A DNA stretch of 64,000 bases from Bispira polyomma. Lineage: Eukaryota. Positions within the stretch are counted from its first letter, which is position 1. Every line of letters begins with the position of its first letter. Positions 35,701-49,009 of this stretch are shown piece by piece. The notes below the pieces were generated by a model. That model saw only the letters and a program-made list of their open reading frames with translations, was not told the DNA's origin and did no database searches. Position numbers and translations under genes: made by a program. Location: the NCBI GenBank assembly GCA_965649765.1, contig OZ287749.1:1550001-1614000 (forward strand), read 5' to 3'.

Positions 35701-36704
35701 ACACCAATGACACCAACACCTCATGTATACCAGGGATATAGGTACTACCACTAAACAGTGCCACAAGTGTCACTACTACACCAATGACACCAGCACCTCA
35801 TGTATACCAGGGATATAGGCACTACCTGTAAACAGTGCCACAAGTGTCACTATTACACCAATGACACCAACACCTCATGTATACCACGGATATCGGCACT
35901 ACCTGTAAACAGTGCCACAAGTGTCACCACTACACCAATGTCCCCAACACCTCATGTATACCAGAGATATAGGCACTACCACTAAACAGTGCCACAAGTG
36001 TCACCACTACCCCAATGACAGCAACACCTCATGTATACCAGGGATATAGGCACTACCACTAAACAGTGCCACAAGTGTCATTACTACACCAATGACACGA
36101 ACACCTCATGTATACCAGGGATATAGGCACTACCACTAAACAGTGCCACAAGTGTCATTACTACACCAATGACACCAACACCTCATGTATACCAGGGATA
36201 TAGGCACTACCTGTAAACAGTGCCACAAGTGTCACCACTACACCAATGACACGAACACCTCATGTATACCAGGGATATAGGCACTACCACTAAACAGTGC
36301 CACAAGTGTTACCACTACACCAATGACACCAACACCCCATGTATACCAGGGATATAGGCACTACCTGTAAACAGTGCCACAAGTGTCACTACTACACCAA
36401 TGACAACACCACATGTATACCAGAGATATAGGCACTACCTGTAAACAGTGCCACAAGTGTCACTACTACACCAATGACAACACCCCATGTATACCAGGGA
36501 TATAGGCACTACCACTAAACAGTGCCACAAGTGTCACTACTACACCAGTGACACCAACACCTCATGTATACCAGGGATATAGGCACTACCTGTAAACAGT
36601 GCCACAAGTGTCACCACTACACTAACACCTCATGTATACCAGGGATATAGGCACTACCTGTAAACAGTGCCACAAGTGTCACCACTACACCAATGACACC
36701 AACA
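32735..36704. repeat. 77-bp tandem satellite, ~52 copies, with higher-order structure
   Basis: Unit cctcatgtataccagggatataggcactaccactaaacagtgccacaagtgtcaccactacaccaatgacaccaaca, with occasional 74-bp variants. Confidence 0.97.
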
Positions 36705-38499
36705 ATGTGATTATTGAACAAGAATAACCTTAAAAAGGCAGGTCTGAGGATTGTGTTATAATTAAATGAAAAAGCTCTTAATATGAGCTTTAATATGCTT
36801 TTCATAAAAATTTAAATAAACTAATTTTCAGGGTTATAGTTAAAAAACACTTTTGCAGGTCTTTTCTGGTTCCGAGTACATTTCAGGCTTTAATAATAAC
36901 CATTTCGCTTAGTGATTTAATCTACTTTCTAATCAGGTCAGCTATGATGTCTTATCGGACACGAGAATCCCAGAAGCAATAAGCTGTATTAGCTTTTTCA
37001 AGGTAAACATTGTATTTCTACATCAAATAATTCTTGCATTTATCTTATGAAATAAACTTCTGCCAGTCCCCCTATAAGAGAGAAATATAGTAACCATAAA
37101 TATGAGACAAATATAACATTAACCACGGAACACATTGGAACATCACCCGTACCTTTCTGTTGAAAGCAAAACAATTTGGGAAAATTTTGAAAATTGTGTT
37201 TCAAGTTTCTTTACATCTGCGCACAAGGTTCAATTTACAATTTGTGAAATAATGGGCAGCCTCATAACACAGGGTAAATGATACATAAATTAGTGTAGTA
37301 CTTTCAAAAAACCTATTCTGGTTGATAAATTTAAAACCATAAGTAAACATAAATTTGTTCTTGTTACTAATATAAATATTTACTCTGTTACTGCGATACA
37401 TGACGATACTGAATGTGACTTTGTAAATATATTGCACACTTTTAAGAGAAAGGATTTTAAATCACATTTTTGTCATTAGGTATTATTATTTAGGTATACA
37501 AATAGCAGGGGTGTAACCTACTACTAAACTTTCTTATCAGTAATTGTGTTTGTTCGTATAGTAGAATTTTTGTATTGTAAGCATGGAATTAAAAAAAAAG
37601 TATTCTAAAAATAACAAAAATAAACAAAATTATCCACGATGAAAGAAGATACTTAGTTCATCTTAGACCAATCATACAACATGGCGGCCTTCAAAGCTAA
37701 TAAAGTAATAACCGAGAATTGAAATGTCTGAGAGCTGCCTTTAAGTCACCATTGAGTCTGGAGTCTTCATATCGCCCTTAGATCAGAGATGTATTTTTTA
37801 ATAATTTTAAGAATTTGAACAATATTTTAGGAATTTCTGTGTAATTAGTATGCTGATCATATCGTGCCAATTACGTTTTACAATTTACTGAGTACTACAA
37901 AGTAATTTACTAATCCCATATTGCAGCTTCATTTATGTTTATCACAAAAATGACATCAATGACACCAAATTGCACACTGAATAACCGTACATTTACGGCT
38001 GTGATGTTTATAAAATCGCTCCTCAATGAACCAATCCCAAGAACTGTTCTCATATGTGGGATTTGCAGCTCGCGGCTTATGCTAATAAATTGAAAAAAAT
38101 ATCAAATTAAATTTTGCCGAATCCTTTTAATTTATTTAAGCAAAATAAGGCTTTTCGGGATTAATCTGTTTGTCTTATCGGCTTACAGAAAATTCCACAT
38201 CTCCATAAGTAATGACATAAACCTTGTATACATTGGATAACAAAACTGTAGCACTCACCCTTCTAGCTCTCTCAACAGCTTGTGATACCATTGACCATGG
38301 TTTATTTTTCTATTTGATCGCCTTAAACATTAGTTTTCTCGATTATTGCCTCTATGGCATGGAATAGTCACCCAGTTGAGTTTATATCGCTATAAACATT
38401 TTCTCGGTTTAGGAGAGAACTTATCTCTTCAAACTCATTGACCCCCTCTTTAATTCACTCACTGTACACCCCCACACAACTCTTGATGGCTTGGCCACA

Positions 38500-39895
38500 T
38501 GAAATAATAATAATCATCGTTATATTTCTATTGGCCCAAGATTCAGACAAATGTCTGTTCCAAGGGGCTTTACAAATGACAGCAATTTACACATACTCCT
38601 ACAGCATCTTTGTCAATAAAGACAATAGTGGCACTAGGTTTGGCTTTAGGTTTTTCTAAACAAATAAGACTTTAATTTACAACTGTCAACAGAGATTAAG
38701 GTCTTGGTGTCTTCAGGTACAGAGTGCTATAGTTTCAATGCAGCTACAGAAAATGAACGACCACCAAATGTTTTGCATTTTGACTTTGAAATTATAACTT
38801 GGAGCTTCTCACTGGAGTGGGTTATCTTACAAGATTCCCTTTTTGTCAGCAGCTTAAGGAAAGCAATTAAATGGTACTTCCGGTAAGCAGATTAGTGTTG
38901 CACTCTGAGGGAATTGTCTTTTGTAAAAGAACTAAGCTGAGATGACACAACCTTTTCCAATATTTTTGACGGAAAAGGAAAAATTGCTACTGGACGGTAA
39001 TTCTTCAGTATTTCTAGATCCAGTGATGACTTCTTGAGTAATGGAGTTACAATAGCTTGTTTGAATTAATCAGGTACTATTCCAGAAAAGAGAAAATTAT
39101 TTACTAATGTTGAAATATATGGTGCTAATAATCTGTACACTGTTTCAACCACCTTGTTGAGAAAGGATGCAATGAACATTGTTTACTTGGAGAGGATTTT
39201 AAGAGTGTTATTATCTCCTTCACAGTATTTTGTTGAAATTGTGTGAATTGAACTGAACTAACAAATTTGTGTGAATCCTGACCATTATGCACTAAGACTA
39301 GATCTAATATGATTATTTAAACTTTATCCATGAAGAACGTTTGAAACTGGTTTGCACGTTTATCAGTATTGTTGTAACTAGGTAACTGAGGTGGCTTATT
39401 TCAATTCAGTAGTTTTGGATATTAACCTATAAACTTTATTCTTTTCTGAGGATAGCCCTATGTTTCTCCACAGACGCTGAGCCTCCTTACGCTGGCAGTT
39501 TACAGAATTTATTTCTTGTGTCATCAATGGTACCAACTCATGGCATAAAACAACTCTGGTCCTAAGTGGACCATGTTTATTGAGAAGACACTCTAATGTT
39601 TCATTATACCTGTTGACCATTGTGGAGACATCCATGGTATTACACTGAACTAATGTTAAATGTAATATATCGTCCTTTAAATGCTCAACATTTATGGATT
39701 ATAGTTTTCTGTATGTGGCAATTTTCTGAGTTGGAATAATCACAGGCGTGCAGAGGTTAAAGGCAACTGCATAATAATTCGAAAGTAATGGACTCAAAAC
39801 ATACATCTGAGATACCAGATTATCTGCCTGTCTAGTGAAAATCAGGTCAAGAATACCATTGTGTTTTTGCGTTGAGCAACAAACATGCTGCATCT
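38500..39895 (-). mobile_element. L2/CR1 LINE, decayed and internally deleted
   Basis: GILDLIFTR, LLNKHGPL, AIVTPLLKKSSLDLEILKNYRPVAIFPFPSKILEKVV, FGGRSFSVAA...F...K.LF. Confidence 0.8.
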
Positions 39896-39959
39896 AACAT
39901 GTAGTATAGTCGAGACTATACTACCTTTGAAAATATAGTCATAACAACTGTTTTTCCAG

Positions 39960-42200
39960 ATCATAGCTTGTCTTTTGCATGCATCTATCGCCCTCCTATC
40001 TCCAATATGTCAAGTTTTCTAGATGAATTCTTATCATATATGAGTTTTCTCAGCTCTGCCAGCTCCTCATTTGTGGTCAGTGGTGACTTCAATATTCACA
40101 ATAAAGCCAATTTTAGTTCCATACTGGATTTCTGCAATTTAACTCAGTATGTTTCCACTCCCACCCACATTCACGGTCAGATCTTAGACCTCATTCTGGC
40201 TCCCTCAGATCTCGAGTTAGTTAGAAGTACAAGGTGCTCGCATTTTATATCTCATCATGCATTTGTTTCATGTGACATAAACATGATACCATAAACCGAA
40301 TCAGTCAAGCGTACTGTCAGTTTCAGGTGTTATCACTGTATTGACATGTGCAAACTAAAGTATGACCTGTCTACCATTCCCTTTGTCACAGACCCTTGTA
40401 AAAATGCTACTAACTTGTATAATTAATACATCAGTGACCTTAAAATCTTACTTGACAAACATGCCCCAGTTAAAACTAGATTACTAAAAAAACAGCACCA
40501 AAATGGGTTACTAAAGCATAACGTACGGCTAAAGCACTGCGCCGTCAATATTAAAGAGCCTGGCGAAATGAGAAAAGTCCACTAAACAGATCCAGATTAA
40601 GGAAACAAGTTGCATGGTGCAATAAATTGTTAAATAAAGCAAAAGGAGATAACTACAAATCAGTCATCAAAGAAAATTCCCAAAAAGAACGAAAGCTCTA
40701 GCAAGATGTGCGTCCTCCATACCACACCTGAGTCCATCCGTCCAGCATTCAAATCAGGAATATTTCTGGCAGAAAATTTGGGGTTTTCTTCAGTGAAAAA
40801 AATAAGAATATCAGAAACATGTTCTTTGGCTTAAATACATGTTACATTCCCCCTACCAGACCTCCACCAAAATTCTCTGGCTTTACCAAAGTTTCAAATA
40901 ATGAAGTCCTAAAAACTATTATTGAATCCCCCACTAAAACCTGTATATGAGACCCCTGGCCAACCTTCCTGGTGAAAGAATGCATCGATATACTTCTACC
41001 GTCTATCACCAAACTTGTCAAGCACTGTCTTGCAGAGGGTATTGTACCTATTGGCCAGTATCGGGCCTAAGTTTCATCTCCAAGTTAGCGGAAATAATTG
41101 TTGCAAAACAAATAACAGAACATATCAACAAAAATTGTTTAGGTAATCTCCTGCTGTCTGCTTATAAACAGGGCCATTCCACTGAAACAGCTCTTCTATT
41201 CATCAAAAATGAAGTACATATATCTCTTTCAAAAGGTGAACCTACAGCACTAGTCCTCCTTGACCTGTCGGCAGCTTTTGATACTATTGATCATGCTACC
41301 TTGCTTGAATACTTATCGTCCTGGTTCGGCTTTCATGGTACAGTTCTGGAATGGCTCACTTTATATTTCTGAAATCGATTTCAGTCTGTCAAGATAGGCT
41401 CTACTCTGTCAAATTGTTTACGCTTGAGTTTGGTGTTCCACAAGGGTCAGTTCTGGACCCAATTTTGTTTTCTTTGTATACTACTCCGCTCAGATATATC
41501 AGCAAACATAGCAATATCAAGTACCACTTTTATGCTGATGACATGCAGCTGTATGCTCATCTCTTATCTCAGTGATGTTCAAAAATGGATGTTTGCCAAC
41601 AAGCTTAAATTAAACCCGGACAAGACTGAGTTTATACTATTCGGATCAAGAGCACAGGATGATAGATTTAAGGATTTTTTCATAGTCAATATTTTAGGAA
41701 ACATGGTGTACCCTGCAAGTGCTGTCAAGAATCTGGGGGTGTGCTTTGATTCTACGTTTTCCTTCTCAAAACAAGTTCATAAAGTTTGCAAGTCTTGTTT
41801 CATCTAAGATCTAAGAAGGATTAGGCACTATTTGTCAGCTAGTACGGCTACTTTAGTCGCAAATGCCCTGGTTACAAGTCGTCTTGACTACTGTAATTCT
41901 CTTTATAGAAGTTTATCCAAGGCTGACATCCGAAAGTTGCAATGCATCCAAAACTCATAAGCCAGACTGGTGGCCAACCATTCCAAGTACTTCGATGTTA
42001 CTCTGGTCTTAAGAAGTCTCCACTGATTACCCATTGAGTTTAGATGCATGTGCAAAACAGCTACCTTAGTCTACAAATTCTTAAATTATGGCCTTCCAGC
42101 ATACTGAAATCTATACCTCAAACTTTACACATGCAGTCATAATACCAGAAGGAGCAGACCGGAAAAAAGTTACCTGACCGTTCCAAATTTCTAGGCTAAA
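39960..42200 (+). mobile_element. L2/CR1 LINE ORF2, decayed
   Basis: [83 protein letters not shown]. Confidence 0.9.
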
Positions 42201-42659
42201 TTTCAGTGGCCATACATTTACAAGTAAATTACAGTCGTGACGGTCGTTGGTAGGAAGTGAGGAGTGGCTGACTTACTAAAAGGTTAATTTTAATGCTAAA
42301 ATCATAGGAAGATTCCACAACGGTCTCGGATAATTGGCAGAATTCTGTTTCAGTTGGACAAGTGATCACCCTTTTCACAGAGAGTTACAGCAAGGCTATG
42401 TAAACGACAAATGACTATTCTTTAGTGGATAGCTGCATAATGATCACGATACTTTTAAGATTTATGTCTCAAACCTTCTCACACTTTTCATCACTTACAT
42501 AACCCTTCATGGTATTCTTTCCTTTTAAGCAGCATAAATGTAATCAACCACCGCCAGTAGCGAGCATACCCCGAAGAGAGAGGCTCCAGCATCATCATAT
42601 ATTACTATGCAAAGGCTCTTTAGTCTGGTACTGGGTGTATAACACAATCAGGACTATTA

Positions 42660-43140
42660 TTTATTATTATTAAGTATTCGTCCCAAGGAGTAAGCTAGTC
42701 TGAAGAGATAGGTTTTAAACTTTTTTCCTAAACCCAGAAAGTGTTTCAAGTGATCTAAGCTCAACTGGAACACTATCCCATAACATACGGGCTGCAATAG
42801 AGAAACCTCTAGATCCAGCCCTCTTGGTAGGTTTTACAGAGGAAACAGAAAGTCTCACTCCCTCTAAAAGGTTGCTGAAGGGAAGATGAGTAGCAAGGTA
42901 GGACGGCTGTTGAGAACCAACAACTTTAAAAGTGGTCACATGGATTTTAATGTAAATTTGATAGTGAATATGAAACCAAAGTATTTTTTGGAGGTATGGA
43001 GAGAAATCAGGATCCCCAGATGCGAAATAACTAATAAGACTTTTTACCCCAATCAAAAGTGAATAGCAGTAGTCGGGAAATAGCCACGGGGGATAGCCAC
43101 AGTGATAGCAGTATCCAATTGATATCGGAGTCTTTTATAT
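42660..43140 (-). mobile_element. L2/CR1 LINE 3' fragment
   Basis: KIHVTTFKVV..QQPSYLA...AGSRGFSIAARMLWDSVP; same family as 47070-47669. Confidence 0.8.
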
Positions 43141-43349
43141 CGGTGCATTATAGGTAAAGCGCACCCCAAAATTTTGCATACAATGGTCATTTTGAATTTA
43201 ATTAATCGAAATGGGTTTTTTCAAAAGTTCTAAAATATTTAAGAGTTAATTATTAAAAGAACCGATTCCAGGTGTCTTCACAATATGACATCTTAATGTT
43301 CAGAATGCAAGAATTTCAGCAAAATTCCAGTAATTGTATTAAATGAAGT

Positions 43350-43450
43350 GATTAGCGATCTGAGGTTCCAGATTCGATCCTTGCTGCTGGCCTAATGATT
43401 GTACCCTTGGACAAGGTACTTTACACAAAGTTATCACTCTAGTATGCTTC
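43350..43450 (+). mobile_element. tRNA-derived SINE fragment
   Basis: B-box-like gattcgatcc followed by ttgtacccttggacaaggtact. A reverse-complement copy lies at 48690-48880. Confidence 0.55.
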
Positions 43451-43639
43451 CTGAGGGAGTTGAGAGTAAACAATTGGTAAAGAGTAAACAAGTGGAAGAA
43501 TCCAGGCAGGTAGCAAAAAAACATAACAGTGAAGTTCATAACTACGCTATATTAAGTGTGTATTCTTGATCTCAGATTCAGAATGTCATGCCTTGTTATT
43601 GCACAATGCAAAAAACTAAGAACATTGGAAGTTCAAATA

Positions 43640-45000
43640 GAACTAGACCTAACGCATCAGAGAACTGATGCATACTTGTATCAAGCACCTTAGGTAGCAA
43701 GCACCCTAGCTAACACCCAAGCTAGGAGCCTATGATTTCCTGTAGGGCATTTATGCTAAAACCTTAAATGGAACAAGTGGGTTTTACATTGCAAACCTGT
43801 GGGACCAATAATAAGTGTGAGATAGGCACTTTTAAGTTTAGCCTACCCATTTGACCTTTTACGAGGGATCCAAGGTCAAATCTGACCACAGCCAAAGATT
43901 TTCCGCCCGTGATATTCTATAGGTTGGTTTTGGCACTCCAAACCTCTGGGTTCAATAATAAGTGAGGTTTGGCACTTTTAAGTTTGGCCATCCGCATTTG
44001 ACCTTGAACAAGGGGCTCAAGGTCAAATGGGACCAGATGAAAAGATTCCCAGACCTTGATTTCCTATAGGTTGGTTTCATATTCCAAACCTCTAGAACCA
44101 ATAATAAGCGAGATATAGTCACTTTTAAGTTTGGCCATCCGCATTTGACCTTGAATGAGAGGTCCAAGGTCAAATCTGAGCACATAAAAAGATTCCCAGC
44201 CCATGATTTTCTATAGGTTGCTTTGGCACTCAAAACCTCTGGGATCAATAATAAGTGAGATATAGGCACTTTTAAGTTTGGCCACCACATTTGACCTTGA
44301 AAGAGGGGTCCAAGGTCAAATCGGACCACATCAAAAGATTTCTAGGCCATGATTTCCTATAGGTTGGTTTCACATCCCAAACCTGTTTGACAAAATAATA
44401 AGTGAGATATGGGCACTTTTAAGTTTGGCCATCCCTGTTTGACCTTGAAGGAAAGGCCCAAGGTCAAATCGGAGCACATCAAAAGAATCCTAGCCCATGA
44501 TTTTCTATAGGTTGGTTTGGCACTCCAAACCTCTGGGACTATTAATAAGTGAGATATAGGCACTTTTAAGTTTGACCATCCGCATTTGACCTTAAACGAG
44601 GGGCTCAAAGTCATGTCAGACCACATCAAAAGATTCCCAGGCCATTATTTCCTATAGGTTGGTTTCACATCCAATACCTGTTTGACCAAAAATAGGCGAG
44701 ATATAGGCACGTTTAAGTTTGGCCATCCCTGTTTGACCTTGAAGGAGAGGCCCAAAGTCAAATCAGAGCACATCAAAAGATTCCTTGCTTGTGAGTTTCT
44801 ATAGGTTGGTTTCAGATTCCAAACCTCTAGGACCAATATTAAGCGTGTTATAGGCACTTTTAAGTTTGGCCAAAATCGGTCACTTGGGGTACTTTGGCAC
44901 TCAGTCGATGACCTTGAATGAAGAGATTCAAGTTGAAATGTCTGCATGCTTACACAGGACATATATATCCGTTAAACATATCATCCGTAAAGAGATTAAA
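43640..45000. mobile_element. Non-autonomous element carrying a central 147-bp tandem array (43790-44871)
   Basis: The motif cacttttaagtttg recurs at 43973, 44120, 44267, 44414, 44561, 44708 and 44855 (period 147). Each unit has a tttgaccttg...caaggtcaaa palindrome. The left flank begins aactaga and has the hairpin GCATCAG-agaa-CTGATGC. Outer boundaries are approximate. Confidence 0.7.
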
Positions 45001-45004
45001 CATT

Positions 45005-45375
45005 TGGCCTAGGGATTGAAAGCTCCGGCTTTAAAATCATTGGCCTCTTACCAATGTGGGTTCGAATCCCGTTCATTCCTTTATGTGGGAAAAAAACACT
45101 TGTTTATTTCACTGTTGAATCTAGCTGTTGTGATATGAACTAGGTTGTTGAAAGCACCGTAAAAACACAACTAAATTCTATCCAGATCTGCTCTAGTTTT
45201 TAATGGGTTATTCCTGGATCAATGCCCCATCCTTGTATCAATTCAGTGTTTGTCACGTACTTGCCCGTAGGTCGGTGGTTTACACAGTGTCTTCAGCACT
45301 GCTTTCCTTAACCACTAAACCTGGCCGTCACGATATGAGAATGCTGTTTAAAATAACGTAAAAGCCAAATACATT
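45005..45375 (+). mobile_element. tRNA-derived SINE pieces
   Basis: Head ggcctaggg...ggttcgaatccc (A/B boxes). Body and tail ggtcggtggttt...ctggccgtcacgatatga...aacgtaaaa. Confidence 0.6.
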
Positions 45376-46099
45376 TAAATACCGTCGATTGAGTAATTGT
45401 AGTTTATTCCTGGTGATAAACAAACCAAGCAATGTACACAGGCGTAAAAACATAACCATCTTGGCAGAGGTATGCAGCCATCGGGTGATACAAACCAAGC
45501 AATGGAAACAGGGGTGAAAACATAACCCACTTGGCGGAGGTATGCAGCCATCAGATTAGGGTGACAAAAACCAACAGAAACATAATATGATAATATTTGA
45601 TTTCTATTTCTAATATAGATATTTATATGATGTAAATCCAGGTGGAAAACAATATGTTGACAACATAACATGAACAGGATTTGTTTTTGAAACAAAAAAA
45701 GTATAAATGCAAGATTAAATAACTACTCAGCTAAGAACAACAACAGTGGCATGTATTGCTTACAAGTAAAAAACAACAATCCATTAGATACACAAACAAA
45801 ACAGCACATGATATTATCATAGTACATCAGTGGTAGATAGAACTGACTTGATGTTATCTGTACATTCTTAGCTTTAGGAAATGTGTTTGTTTGTGTGCAA
45901 AAAGCAAATACTATGTGACCAATTTTATGATTTTTCATATTTATATGAACACATTGATCACTTAAGATCGATTTATACATGCAAACAATTCTTGGAATGA
46001 ACTACAGCCTTAACATCATATCATGATGAGAGATGGCATTGATATGCATCGGTGCATCAACATCACAATTAGATTGTGGTGGATTATTATTGTATTTTG

Positions 46100-46430
46100 T
46101 GTTTTATTTAGCATTTTTAACATGCCTTATCGAGGCAATGCACCTTCCAAGCACAATAACAGCAACCTCAATCAACCAGAGAAGTCGAACAAACACAGCC
46201 ACAGTCAGACGAAGGATGTGGGGGTGTACAAGGAGGGAATTTAGGGCGGTAGGCGAGTTTAAAGAGATAGGTTTTAGATTTTTCCCTAAGCCTAAAAGTG
46301 TTTCTAGTGAGCTAAGCTCAACCAGAAGACTTTTCCATAACATGGAGGCAGCAATAGAGAAAACTCTGGATCCAGCCCTCCTGGGTGGTTTAGCAGAGGG
46401 AACAGAAAGTCGTTATATGGTACCTCGTTT
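46100..46430 (-). mobile_element. L2/CR1 LINE 3' fragment
   Basis: AGSRVFSIAASMLWKSL...LKPIS, homologous to 42700-42850 and 47330-47520. Confidence 0.7.
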
Positions 46431-46594
46431 CTCGGTAATGGCATTATTGTTTATGTGATTTTATAACTTAAGGTTATATATAGCTGGGTTCGAGCTCGAT
46501 TTAAATGAAATACTACCATATTCAAGACATTCAAAGATATCTAGTTTTTATTATAGGAAATAACAGTATGCTTATATATGATTTTAACCAATGA

Positions 46595-46826
46595 GGGGCC
46601 TCGGTGATGTAGTGGTAACAAACTTCCCTATCTGCTACCATGGGTTCGAATCACGGCCTTGGCATCTATGTGGGCATGTGGGCAGGTTGGCATCAGTCTT
46701 GTTTGAAGGAGGTTTGCACAGCAGAAATCATTGACCAACAGCCCTTTGATTTCCTCCATCAGTGAACGAGCTATCGTCATATGATACAGAAGGTGTTGAA
46801 AAGCGACGTTAAACACAAAACTAAAC
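46595..46826 (+). mobile_element. tRNA-derived SINE, near full length
   Basis: ggggcctcggtgatgtagtggtaa (A box), ggttcgaatc (B box), tail cgtcatatga...gttgaaaagcgacgttaaacacaaaactaaac. Confidence 0.7.
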
Positions 46827-47069
46827 AATTTAAAAAGCTTAAATGACAATCATATCGTATTTTCTGTACTAAAGACCCCCTTCTCTATAATTATAGTCTT
46901 TAAAGTGATTTGTATATCAATAAATGCAATATGTCAGCAGGTATTAAGCTAAAATATTATTGGAGATCTCTCCTCGAGGCAGTATCGAAAATGTTAAAAT
47001 AGTAACTTGTATCAGAAAATTGTATGACAATGTAGGTCAGCTTGTAAATGACATGAACCTATGGTTACA

Positions 47070-47669
47070 TTGGTTACATAGCCGCCTCGACTACTGCAAT
47101 TCTCTCTTGTACGAAGCAAACAAGTCAAACATTAAAAAGCTCCAGTCCATCCAAAACTACCTATGTAGGGTCATTTTTCGCCTGGGTTGTCGCACAGATG
47201 TCACTTCTTACCTCAAAAAATTACACTGGTTGCCCATTGAATCTCGAATTTTGTTTAAGATTCACGTTACCACTTTTAAGGCTGTAGTCACTCAACAGCC
47301 ACCCTACCTTGCCTCCCTTCTTTCCTTCAGTAACCGTAAGAGAGGAAACAGACTCTCTGTCACTTCGGTCAGACCAATCAGAAAGGCGGGTTTCAGAGCA
47401 TTCTCCACTGCAGCTCCACGGTTATGGAACAGTCTCCCAGTCGACCTCAGATCAGTTGATACGCTTATCGGTTTTAGGAAAAAGCTTAAAACCTATCTTT
47501 TTAATCTTGCCTACCCACCTTAGCTTTCCTCGTGCACGCTCCCACTTCCTTCCTTAAGACTTTGCAATTTCCACGGACTTAATGATTGGACTAATGATTC
47601 TGCTGTTGCGCTTTAGAAGATGCCTAGCATCAATAAAGCGCGTTAAAAATCCATAATAATAATAATAAT
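47070..47669 (+). mobile_element. L2/CR1 LINE 3' end with stem-loop and (AAT)n tail
   Basis: SRLDYCNSLL...LHWLPI...AFSTAAPRLWNSLP...FRKKLKTYLF*. Hairpin at 47608-47641. Tail ataataataataata. Confidence 0.92.
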
Positions 47670-48689
47670 ATATATCAAGAAATTCTGGGTATTTCAACTA
47701 TTTTATACATATTACTATGATTTGTAAGAACATGTTACACTTCCACAAAGAACATTGTCTTCTATAATTTTAGCCCCTGCCCCCCCCCCTCCCCCCTCCC
47801 CCCCCCCCCCTCCCCCCCTCCTCTTGGAACAATACAAAGCCCCAGAGGCATTTATTACAGAAGTTATGGTATGTGTGTGTCAGTTTACACAATTCAATAG
47901 CATACCTAGAGTCTGTTTTTGTCACTATAGCTGACATCTGCAGCCTTTGTATACACCTGGGCCCTGTTTTGATTTTAAAGCTCTTAAACTCTGTTATCAG
48001 AACAGAGTAAAATGTTGGTCAGATATTAGAAGACACATAACAGATATTTTAGCATGAAATAATAGGAAAACACAAATTTGCGAGAATCAAAATAATTCAT
48101 TAAAACATTTCGGAAAGCAAAATTTTGGACAATAGATGTTATTACTGTTGTCTATAATATTTCCTTATTAATGGAAATAACCTGAACATTGGTACCATTC
48201 CATTGTCAAAGAGCTTGTAACGAGAAGCTCATATATATATATAATGGGATTGGAGATCTGTTTTTGTCCATGTAGATACAGCAGGCCAGTTTGTGGTTAT
48301 TGGGAGTCCAATTCAGTTTAAGGGCAGTTTTGATAAATGTGTGGTGCTACATTTTTGCCATCAATTGTTGCCTTTCTACTCTATAGTGCTACAAATACAT
48401 TGGTGAACACAGAAGAACCTCTATTATTCGAACTTGGGTTATTCAAATATTTACTTTTATGGGCACCTGAAGAAAATATTTTGGTCGATATTTTACAAAA
48501 TGCTGGAGTCACTAAAAACACACATCACATACTTCTTCCGGTATTCAATAATGCAATATTCATATATTTTTTTAAACAAAGGAATCTACTGTACTACCCA
48601 TTTCCTATTGGCTGCTTGTCGACAACATACAGGTTAAAAGGGTAACATTGACATTTATGAACCTAGTAGTATTTCCAAACAAAATTTAG

Positions 48690-48880
48690 GTCTTGTAATA
48701 TATTAAAGGATTATACTGGCTATGCTGCCACATATGGCGCTCAGACTAATACACATTAACAGTCAGGTACCAATTTATACACCTTTATTGAGGGACAACT
48801 TTGCGTGAAGTACCTTGTCCAAGGGTACAATCTCTAGGCCTGCAGTGAGGATCGAACACTCAATCCACTAGGCCATGCAG
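48690..48880 (-). mobile_element. tRNA-derived SINE
   Basis: The reverse complement contains gttcgatcc, ttgtacccttggacaaggtact and ataaattggtacc. Confidence 0.6.
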
Positions 48881-49009
48881 ACCACAAGACTGAAAGCATG
48901 GACATTCTTCTGACCTGACTTTATACACACTAGGTCACAAAACACACATACCACACAAAATATGATGTATTGAATGAGGAAACTCCTACACCTAAATCCT
49001 CAACTGGTA

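Noticed and set aside
32735-36704. CRISPR-like array, or repeated CxxCxxC 'zinc-finger' ORFs (MYTRDIGTTCKQCHKC...)
   Set aside because: It is a head-to-tail 77-bp satellite with no unique spacers. The unit is not a multiple of 3, so the ORFs are translation artefacts.
43952-44962. Repetitive ORFs (WPNLKVPIS...)
   Set aside because: They are a by-product of the 147-bp (49-codon) tandem array, with stops and no protein motif.
45005-45075. tRNA gene
   Set aside because: It has A/B-box-like motifs but no complete cloverleaf and is followed by SINE-type body sequence.
46960-47523. 187-aa ORF as a host gene
   Set aside because: It is the C-terminus of a 5'-truncated L2 ORF2 read from a fortuitous upstream TTG.
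47776-47822. Poly-C tract (G-quadruplex potential on the minus strand)
   Set aside because: It is a simple low-complexity run with no supporting functional context.
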